Part shown: in pieces, positions 48,737-57,200 of the stretch
Numbering within the stretch: position 1 is the stretch's first letter
How the letters are laid out: the number at the start of each line of letters is the position of its first letter
Assembly (NCBI GenBank): GCA_035341015.1
Contig: DAOQUL010000002.1
Location: forward strand, 43,360-107,359
Direction of reading: 5' to 3'
Length of the DNA stretch: 64,000 bases
Origin: Anaerolineales bacterium
GTDB taxonomy: Bacteria; Chloroflexota; Anaerolineae; Anaerolineales; UBA4823
Program-made: the position numbers and the translations under genes
The notes under the pieces: generated by a model
What the model was told of the DNA's origin: nothing
Databases searched by the model: none
Seen by the model: only the letters and a program-made list of their open reading frames with translations

Positions 48737-49705
48737 TCAAGCTCCGCTGCGACTGGGTGTGTCCAGTTCCAGGGGAATGGACTTTAACAGGTCGTCCAAC
48801 ACGCTGCGCGCCGTGCGGCCGCGCAGTTCAGATTCGGGCTTCAAGATCAGGCGGTGCGCCAATGTGGGCAGGGCCAGGTATTTAACGTCTTCAGGCAAAA
48901 CGTGATCGCGCCCGCGCAAAGCCGCCAAGGCCTGGGCGGTCTTAAAGAGGGCCAGGCTGGCGCGCGGGCTGGCCCCTAACAACAGGTCAGGGTGGCCGCG
49001 GGTGGCAGTTACCAGGCGCACCACGTAATCCTGTAGTGTCTCGTCTACATGGATATCCCACACCATATGCTGGAAATCCAGCAGACGCTGCCCTTCCACC
49101 ACTTTCTCTAAATGCGTGATCGGGTGCTCACGGCGCAAATTGGATAAAAGCTGCTTTTCGTCTGTCGTAGATGGATACCCCATCGAAATCCGCATCAAAA
49201 AGCGATCCAACTGGGCCTCTGGCAAGGGGAAAGTACCCTCATACTCAATTGGGTTTTGCGTAGCCATGACCAAGAAGGGACGCGGCAGGGCCCGCGTGAC
49301 GCCATCCACGCTGACCTGCTGTTCTTGCATTGCCTCCAGCAGAGCCGACTGAGTGCGCGGTGTGGCGCGGTTGATCTCATCTACCAGCAAGACATTGACG
49401 AAAATTGGGCCGGGCCGGAATTCAAATTGGCCGCTGTGCTGGTTATAGACCGAAACGCCCGTCACATCATTAGGCAGCAGGTCAGGGGTACACTGCAACC
49501 GCTTGAAATCTCCGCCCATGCTGAGCGCCATGGCGCGTGCCAGCATGGTCTTGCCAACCCCGGGCACATCCTCTACCAAAACATGCCCCTCGCACAGCAA
49601 AGCTGCCATAAACAATTCGATCGCCGGACGCTTCCCCACGATCACACGTTCCACGTTCCCGATTACCGTATCGGCAAACGCCTGGATTGATTGTACATCT
49701 GTCAT
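48737..49705 (-). CDS. MoxR-family AAA+ ATPase
   Basis: 322 aa. Walker A is DVPGVGKT and Walker B is LLVDEINRA. The length is typical of MoxR (AAA_3). Confidence 0.9.
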   Translation of the reverse strand: MTDVQSIQAFADTVIGNVERVIVGKRPAIELFMAALLCEGHVLVEDVPGVGKTMLARAMALSMGGDFKRLQCTPDLLPNDVTGVSVYNQHSGQFEFRPGPIFVNVLLVDEINRATPRTQSALLEAMQEQQVSVDGVTRALPRPFLVMATQNPIEYEGTFPLPEAQLDRFLMRISMGYPSTTDEKQLLSNLRREHPITHLEKVVEGQRLLDFQHMVWDIHVDETLQDYVVRLVTATRGHPDLLLGASPRASLALFKTAQALAALRGRDHVLPEDVKYLALPTLAHRLILKPESELRGRTARSVLDDLLKSIPLELDTPSRSGA

Positions 49706-51703
49706 TTATCTCTCCTTCTTCAGCCAGACTTGCATGGCCCAATGATGAGGGGCAGCGGCTGGGGCCCGGTTGGCCCAGGCATAGTATGGTATAGCTGTTA
49801 ACGTGATGAGGGATGAACGATCTGGGTCTGCCCCCGCAGGTACATGCCGGTACAAGCGCCCCTGCCATGCCGGATGCGGCGGCTCAACAGTTCCCGGCAT
49901 GCGCAAGGTGGTCACCCCGCCCAACAGGCCCGGCGCATCCTGCACGGCAGGCAAGACAGCCGCGTTAACCGCCACATCCTGCAGCCTGGCGCCTGGCCAT
50001 GCCGACCAGTCTCCTTGATCTACCGCCTCCAGGCAGTACAAGAGTGGGCCACGCCCCAGGGCCACACGCCCAGAATTTTCTACTGCATAGGGATGGCTTT
50101 CGAGCCAATAGGGCGGCATGCCCAATTCCAAGTCTACCACATCCCCAGGCTGCCATGTGCGCCGCAGCTCAACATACGTGCCCGGCTGAAGATCAGCCTC
50201 CCAGGCACGCCCATTCAAATCCAGCCTGATATCCCCAGCCCGCAGCCAGCCCGGCAGGCGCAGGAAGATGCTGTAAGGGCCTACCAGGTCCTCGGCGGGT
50301 TGAACTTCTAATCGTACGCGGCCATCCCAGGGATAACGCGTCTCCTGGCGCACCTTCATGGACGGCCCTAACCCGCCGGGCAGGTTGACCTCGGCCTCGC
50401 CTTGACCGTATAAATGCACCCACAACCCCTCAGCCGAGGTGCTGTAAAAATATGCCGGCAGCGAGGCCAAGAAGCGTACCAGGTTGGTGGGGCAGCAAGC
50501 GCAGTCATACCAGGGTTGTCGGCGGTGCCAACCGGCCCCATCATAGCCGCCGGCATCTGCCAGGGGATTGGTATAGAAATAAGATTGACCATCCAGACCC
50601 ATCCCTGGCAAAACGGCGTTGTAGAGCATCCATTCCAGGGCGTCAGCATAACCTGCCCGCGCGGCCGGGGAATGGTCTTGCCAGACCAACATGCGGTTGG
50701 CCCACATGACCCCACCAATAGCGGCACAGCTTTCGGCATAAGAGCGCTCATTTGGCAGCTCATAGGCAGCACCAAAAGCTTCGCCCTCGTGCCGGGCGCC
50801 CAGCCCACCGTTGACGTAAACCTGCGTGGCGATCATCGCTTGCCACAAACGCTCAAGCGCCTGCCGCAGAGCCGGTTCTCTGGTCTCGGCATACACATCC
50901 GCGGCGGCCGCGCACAGGTACATGGCCCGCACAGCATGCCCTTCCAGCCGCTCTAAATCGCGCAGCGGTAGGCGGTCCAGGTAATATGCCCGCCCGCCCA
51001 ACAAACCGTGCCCGCGTTGATCGATGAAGTGTTGGGCAAGCTCGAGGTAAGTACGCCGCCTGGTCTGGCGGTAAAGCTCAACCAGAGCCACCTCAATCTC
51101 AGGATGCCCACAAATCCCTGCCCGCTTCCCAGGCCCAAACACTTGATGAATATGATCGGCAAATCGCGTGGCTACACGCATCAAAGCGCGGCTGCCGGTG
51201 CTGCGCTGCAAAGCCACCGCCGCCTGGATCAGGTGCCCGGCGCAGTACATCTCGTGCATATCGCGCAGGTTGCTCCAACGTTGACCTGCCCGAGTGCCCG
51301 CATAATAGGTATCCAGGTAACCATCTGAGCTTTGGGCCGCGGCAATCCATTTCACCACCTGCCGCACCTGTCCCGCCAATTCCTTTGCAGGCGCCGGATC
51401 GGCCAACGCCAGTCCCCAGGCTGCCGCCTCCAACCACTTGTAAACATCCGAATCGTTGAAATAGTACCCCTGGAAGCTCCCGCCCGGAAAAGTTGGCGAA
51501 CCCGCCGCCCGGCGGAAATTCTCCAGGCGGCCCGTTTCTTCTAACAAACGGTATTGTGCCGGCAGCGTGACCTGCTGAATGCGCTCTAACCAGCCAAGCC
51601 AAAAACCACCCTTCAAGCGCACCGCCGGGAGAGGCAATTGGTGCATGTTTGCCGCGGGACTGTTGCAGAAATCCACGAGCGCGGCGGGCGGCTTTTCTTT
51701 CAT
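49706..51703 (-). CDS. glycoside hydrolase family 127 (DUF1680, beta-L-arabinofuranosidase-like)
   Basis: 665 aa. Motifs YFNDSDVYKWLEAAAW and the Cys cluster YDCACCPTN are present. Its stop abuts the MoxR ATG. Confidence 0.8.
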   Translation of the reverse strand: MKEKPPAALVDFCNSPAANMHQLPLPAVRLKGGFWLGWLERIQQVTLPAQYRLLEETGRLENFRRAAGSPTFPGGSFQGYYFNDSDVYKWLEAAAWGLALADPAPAKELAGQVRQVVKWIAAAQSSDGYLDTYYAGTRAGQRWSNLRDMHEMYCAGHLIQAAVALQRSTGSRALMRVATRFADHIHQVFGPGKRAGICGHPEIEVALVELYRQTRRRTYLELAQHFIDQRGHGLLGGRAYYLDRLPLRDLERLEGHAVRAMYLCAAAADVYAETREPALRQALERLWQAMIATQVYVNGGLGARHEGEAFGAAYELPNERSYAESCAAIGGVMWANRMLVWQDHSPAARAGYADALEWMLYNAVLPGMGLDGQSYFYTNPLADAGGYDGAGWHRRQPWYDCACCPTNLVRFLASLPAYFYSTSAEGLWVHLYGQGEAEVNLPGGLGPSMKVRQETRYPWDGRVRLEVQPAEDLVGPYSIFLRLPGWLRAGDIRLDLNGRAWEADLQPGTYVELRRTWQPGDVVDLELGMPPYWLESHPYAVENSGRVALGRGPLLYCLEAVDQGDWSAWPGARLQDVAVNAAVLPAVQDAPGLLGGVTTLRMPGTVEPPHPAWQGRLYRHVPAGADPDRSSLITLTAIPYYAWANRAPAAAPHHWAMQVWLKKER

Positions 51704-51719
51704 AGCTGCATCGTCCAGG

Positions 51720-52466
51720 TTAATGACCGGCCAATTGGATCAGCGAAGGCTGGCCCACCCCTTCCAGGTCGGCATACACCCCGCGATACTGAGGCGGCAT
51801 TAAGGCTGCCACCTGGTACATCAACTCATCCGCAATGCGCTGGCGCACTTGTTGGCCCGTGCCATGCAGCCCAGGGGTCAGGGTCCATAATTGGCCAACC
51901 GAAAAATGGACCTCGGTACGGCGTAAGCGGCGGAAATTATCACTAAACGATTCAACCCCATAAATCGCCATTGGCAGCATCACCGCTCCGCTGTGCTGTG
52001 CCAATAGTGATACGCCAGGCCGGGCGCGCTGCAAGCGTCCATCCCCACTGCGAGTGCCCTCAGGCAAGATCATCAACAACTTTCCCTGGTCCAGGGCACC
52101 CAGGCCCTGGCGCAACGCATGGATATCCGCCTGGCCGCGCTGCAGCGGAATAGCGCCCCACAGGTCAAACAAGAAGGCCATCAACGGCGAATCCCAGGTC
52201 TCTGTTTTGGCAAAGCCGGTCAAAGGGCGCGGCCGAAGCGAGGTGTAATAGAGCGGAGCGTCGAGAAAATTGATGTGATTGGCAACCAGGATCACTGGCC
52301 CCTGGTGCGGCACCTGCGCCAGCGCCTCGGTATGCACTTTACAAAGGATGCGCGTCAAGGCATGGATCGCCCCTGTTACCAGGTGATAGACCGGACCCGG
52401 TCTTCCACCTTTCATACCGCCTTGAATGGCAATATAGCGCAGGGTGCCGTTCAGGAAACTGGTCAT
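51720..52466 (-). CDS. plsC: 1-acyl-sn-glycerol-3-phosphate acyltransferase family
   Basis: 248 aa. The HX4D motif ANHINFLDA and the PEGTRS block are present. Confidence 0.8.
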   Translation of the reverse strand: MTSFLNGTLRYIAIQGGMKGGRPGPVYHLVTGAIHALTRILCKVHTEALAQVPHQGPVILVANHINFLDAPLYYTSLRPRPLTGFAKTETWDSPLMAFLFDLWGAIPLQRGQADIHALRQGLGALDQGKLLMILPEGTRSGDGRLQRARPGVSLLAQHSGAVMLPMAIYGVESFSDNFRRLRRTEVHFSVGQLWTLTPGLHGTGQQVRQRIADELMYQVAALMPPQYRGVYADLEGVGQPSLIQLAGH

Positions 52467-53446
52467 CGTGCCGCTCCAGGCAAAGAGAGGATCTGCAAGG
52501 CCTGCGGCAGCAGTTCAATCATCAGGTCACTCCCTGCAGTACACAATGTTTCGCCATCGGCATGCGCGGGCAGGGTTCCTTGCAAAGCATGGATACGCAG
52601 GCTGCGGGCGCGCTTGATCTGGACATCTGGATGCGCTTCTTGGGTACCCTTCATGAAACGTCCAATCAAACCCAATAAGCCCAGCCGCTTGACGGCGCCC
52701 ACCAGGCAGATATCATATAAGCCATCTTGCATCGATGACTGCGGCGCCATTTTGAACAACCCGCCCATGCGCCATCCATTCATAATGGAGATCATGATCG
52801 CCCGCTGCTCAAGCTGGAAGGCCTCGGTTTCGATGCGCACCAGCGGCGCATTGTGGAACAGCATGATCGTGCGCAAGGCCGCCACCAGGTAGGTGGCGAA
52901 ACTGAATAAGCGGTAGAAAGGGCTGCGGTTTAGCTTGAGGGCTTCAAAACCCACCACAGCATCAAAACCAATCCCCACGCCATTTCCGAAATACAAACCC
53001 TCAGGGTACAGCTCGCCCACCACCCGACCCACATCCAGGCTGTGCGCCTGGCAAGCCAGCAGGCGGTCCAGGCAAGCAGCCGGATCAGGCGAAGTGCCCG
53101 CCGCCAGCCCCAGGCCCGCGGCAAAATCATTCCCCCGCCCCACCGGGATCACCCCCATGATGCTCTTGCCTTCACCGTTTTGGCTGGCCTGGAGCAAGCC
53201 GTTCAACACCTCGTTACTGGTGCCATCGCCGCCAACGGCAATCACCACCCGGCAGCCGGCCGCTGCAGCCTGGCGCGCCAACTGCGTGGCATGCCCGGGC
53301 GCAGATGTCATCACCAGTTGGTGATTTAACTGTAAACGGTTAGCTGCCGTCTCCAGCAGTTGAAACGCCCGCTCACCAGCCCCGCGGCCGGCAACCGGAT
53401 TGACAACAAACAGGTATTCACTTGGTTGAGTAATTGGGTTCACCAT
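52463..53446 (-). CDS. diacylglycerol/lipid kinase (DagK/YegS family)
   Basis: Motifs VVNPVAGRG and AVGGDGTSNEV are present. I prefer start 53446 (no overlap) over 53476. It overlaps plsC by ATGA. Confidence 0.8.
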   Translation of the reverse strand: MVNPITQPSEYLFVVNPVAGRGAGERAFQLLETAANRLQLNHQLVMTSAPGHATQLARQAAAAGCRVVIAVGGDGTSNEVLNGLLQASQNGEGKSIMGVIPVGRGNDFAAGLGLAAGTSPDPAACLDRLLACQAHSLDVGRVVGELYPEGLYFGNGVGIGFDAVVGFEALKLNRSPFYRLFSFATYLVAALRTIMLFHNAPLVRIETEAFQLEQRAIMISIMNGWRMGGLFKMAPQSSMQDGLYDICLVGAVKRLGLLGLIGRFMKGTQEAHPDVQIKRARSLRIHALQGTLPAHADGETLCTAGSDLMIELLPQALQILSLPGAAR

Positions 53447-53447
53447 A

Positions 53448-54218
53448 TCATGGACAAAGTTGTGGCATATTGCCATAGTTAAAAACCAGCACCGGCCTAT
53501 CGCCTAATTGCCGGATTTCCCCGGTGGTTTGCAAACACTGCCCTGTTTTATCCTGTGTCCACACCACGTCATAGGTAATCCAATAAAAAGCAGATTGAGC
53601 ATCCGAAAAAACAACGATAAAGCCGGTCGTTTGAGGTTGAATGTACAGCACAATCCCACGCACACAGAGGGTTTGGCCGACATTGGCAGACGTGATTGTG
53701 GTTGCATCCACGCAGCCTGACGAGTCGAAAGTGGGAGATGGCACGAAAGTGGATGTTTCGGAAGGACCTCCTGTGGCAGCGGCTGCCAATGTACTGATAG
53801 GGGTAGGGGTAACCGGCCGGCGAGTAGCGGTTGGCCGGGGGACAGTGGCGGTTGGTGTTTTTGTAACAGCCGCAGCAGGCTCAGGGGTGGTCGGTTGGGG
53901 TGTGTATGTTGCTGTGGGGGCTGCATCTGCAAGGCGCGCCAAGGCGCCTTCGAGGGCAGGACGACCCGGCCCAATGAACATGAGCCAAACAATCGCCGCC
54001 AGCACGATGAAGGCCCCTATGCCAATCAAATGCTGGCGGCTGAACCAATTTGCCAGGCGCGCAGGCACCTGGCGAGGCCTGGCCTGGCTGGTGACTAACC
54101 AATTATCCCCAGGTTCGGGCCGGCTCAAGCCTGGCTGAACAGCCTCCCCAGTAGTATCAGGCTCTGCAAAGATTTCACGCTCGGGTTTTGAGGCTGTTCG
54201 CCGGAGCTTATTGAACAT
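53448..54218 (-). CDS. hypothetical single-pass membrane protein with Pro/Thr linker and 4-Cys C-terminal ectodomain
   Basis: I start it at ATG 54218. The order is a cytoplasmic N-terminus, a TM helix (IGIGAFIVLAAIVWLMFI), a PT-rich linker and a ~90-aa Cys-containing beta-rich domain. I do not recognise a family. Confidence 0.55.
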   Translation of the reverse strand: MFNKLRRTASKPEREIFAEPDTTGEAVQPGLSRPEPGDNWLVTSQARPRQVPARLANWFSRQHLIGIGAFIVLAAIVWLMFIGPGRPALEGALARLADAAPTATYTPQPTTPEPAAAVTKTPTATVPRPTATRRPVTPTPISTLAAAATGGPSETSTFVPSPTFDSSGCVDATTITSANVGQTLCVRGIVLYIQPQTTGFIVVFSDAQSAFYWITYDVVWTQDKTGQCLQTTGEIRQLGDRPVLVFNYGNMPQLCP

Positions 54219-54261
54219 GCCATAAGTATATCTTAATTCCCAAAAATAATAACCTCGGTAC

Positions 54262-57200
54262 TCACCGGGATACACGGGAACCGAGGAGGCAAATCGGCAC
54301 GAAAACCACCCACTCATCCTTCACGATCAAGGCCTCAAAGGCATCGGCATTATTGGTTTCATCAGGGTCGGCTGTATGCGAAGTTAATATTGCATGGTTG
54401 ACCAGAGAGCCGGAAACCTCAGGTGCGGCCACCGTGATTGATATCACCTGGGTGCTGTCGATCGGGATATTGCCCAACTCGCAGGTCACCACGCTGATGG
54501 CGTGCAAACACGGTGCAGTAGCCGATACAAAAGTAACACTCAGAGGTAATGTGTCCACCAGCTTGACCTGAACGGCATCATCCGGCCCAGCGTTTGTTAC
54601 CGTTAACGTGTAGGCGATCGTCTCGCCCTCCCCTACCACAGCCAGGCCATCTTTGACTAGAAGCAGGTCAGCCGTGGTAGTTTGCACAAGCGTTTCAAAG
54701 ATCGCGCCATTGTTGGCGCTGTTTGGATCGAGAAGTTCAGACCAGGCGGCAGCACGATTGATCAGCAGTCCTGCCCCGCCGGCCCTGGTCACGATCTCAA
54801 CGCTGGCTTCGTCGCCCGAAGCCAGGTTTCCAAGATCACAAGTCACGATATGGGCTGCTTCTAAACAGAGCGCATCGGCTGAGATAAAGGTCACCTCCAC
54901 CGGCAAAGTATCGGTCACCATAACATGAAATGCACCATCCGGACCAGCGTTTGTTATTGTCAGCGTATAAACGAGCATCTCTCCCACCTTCGCTAGGGCA
55001 GGGCCGCTCTTGACGAGAGATAAGTCGGCAGTAACCGCGCGCACAGTGGTTTCAAGAGCAGCATCATTATTGTCGCCATCAGGGTCAACCACTGCTGACC
55101 GCACTACCGCCAGGTTGGTGAAAACCCCGGCCGCATTTGCCGCGGCTACAATCTCAACCGCTGCCACGCCTCCCGGGACGATATCGCCCAGATTGCATAT
55201 CACAATCCCATGCATGTGATTGCAGGAGGCATCTGCCGAGACAAAGGCAATGCCCGCGGGCAATGTATCGGTCAGCACCACCGCAAGCGCGGGGTCTGGG
55301 CCGGCGTTGTTCACGGTCAATGTATAAGTAAGGATGTCGCCTTGCTTTACGAGAGCAGGCCCTTCATTTAAAGATGACAAATCTGCCAGGTGTCTCGATA
55401 CAATGACATCCGCCGCGGTATCGTTATCCTCCTCATGCGGGTCAAATGTGGCCGACCACACCCAGGCCCGGTTAGTGAGCAACCCGAGCGCATCTGCTGT
55501 AACCACAACCTCCGCCGTCAATACTTCGCCGCTGTCCAACACCCCCAGTTCGCAGCTCACTACCCCGGCTGCGTGTGTGCAAGGAAGGCTGGCCGAAACA
55601 AAGGTTGTGCTGATTGGCAGGGTGTCCGTCAGAGCAGCGTTCAGGGCATCGTCTGGCCCATGGTTAGCCAGGCTCAGGGTGTATGTCACCTCATCCCCCA
55701 CCAACACTGCATCAGGCCTGGCCGACTTATTCAACGCCAGGTCAGCCAAGGCCATCACAACCACTTGCTTTTCCACAACCCCCATGCCGCAATTGTTGAT
55801 CGCCCACAAAGTCACCGTATACGCACCACTGGCGACATAAGCATGGGTTGGGCTGGCAAGCGTGCTTGTAACACCATCTCCAAAGTCCCACAGGTAGCTG
55901 GCAGCGCCGAGGGAGGTGTTGGTCAAGGCCAGCGTAAGGCCATGCGCAAACTGGGCAAAGCTCGGCGTGGGTGGCACGGTGATCGCAATCACTGCATCCT
56001 CAGTATCACAGCCAAATTCATTGCAGGCCGTCAGCGTGATGGTATAAACACCCGCGGCAGCGTAGGTATGAGAGACATTCTCTGCCCCGGCGGTCATGGT
56101 TACCCCATCGCCAAAATCCCATTGCCCTTCGATCCCCGGCGGGATGCCCGCCTGCGTGGTGTCGGTCAAGACCACCACATCGCCCAGGCAGTGGTCGCCA
56201 TCCACGTCAAACGTCGCCGCTGGGGCAAGGAACTCATCGGCGATGTGCATCAGCACATCGAAGCGCGGCATCTCTCCCAGCGGGCTGTTTTCAATGATGG
56301 CATATTCAGCAGCATAATCGCCTAACGGCAAGGGCAGGGTATTCGAAAGGGCTGACATCACGATTGCCACATTGACCCTTTCTCCAGCCGGGATCGTACC
56401 AATTACCGGCTCCACCCTCGTCCAGGGCAAATCCACGGCCGAGACACCCACCAGCCACAGGATGGCATTATGCATCACAACATCCATGCCAGTGGTCCAT
56501 ATATACCCGGCAATAGAGACTACCGTCCGCCCAGTTTTAACCGCCACAAACAACTCATCATTTTGGAAACGCGCCACCTCTTCAGAGCCGGTTGTCAGGT
56601 AAGTTGCATCCAGGGGGTATGCCTCACAAATGGCGGGCACACCGGCCATGATGGGGTGTTCTGCATTGTAAGTTCCCAGGCAAGAAGCGGTCGAGAGAAC
56701 GATTGTACCGTTCATCGCAGTATAAGCCTCGTCCATGAACCGCCCCCCCATGGCCCAAAAATCTGTCCCAAGGGCAAACATCATGTTGATCACCTTACCC
56801 CCACCATCCACGTAATCTGCCAGCACATTCCCGATCCCGGTTGGGTCCTGGTACAAGGCCGCTGACCAGGTGATCACCACGTCATAAGCCTGGAGTTGAG
56901 CCAATGCAGGGGTTGCGTAACGGGCATCAAACCCATCCACCACCCCCAGGCCGCCCAAGGCCAAGAGTTGGCTGCGTATCGTAACAATATTATCGCCAGC
57001 ATGCAGCAGCAACACATCTGGACTGGCTGCGGCTATGCCGCCGTCTAATTGAATTCTTCCTGGTTGTTTTACGATCTCATATTGGAGCGCCTGGCCCCCG
57101 TTATTGATGATCTCTACCCCAAACGGATCGGTATAAACCGCCGTGCCGCTTAACACCCAGGCTTCAATAAGTTCATCCGTCACCGCCACGCAAGGCCGGT

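Noticed and set aside
54219-54317. A longer start (54317) for the small ectodomain gene, which would overlap the protease 3' end by 56 nt.
   Set aside because: The extra 33 residues (MSGWFSCRFASS...) look non-genic. ATG 54218 gives a plausible basic cytoplasmic N-terminus without any overlap.
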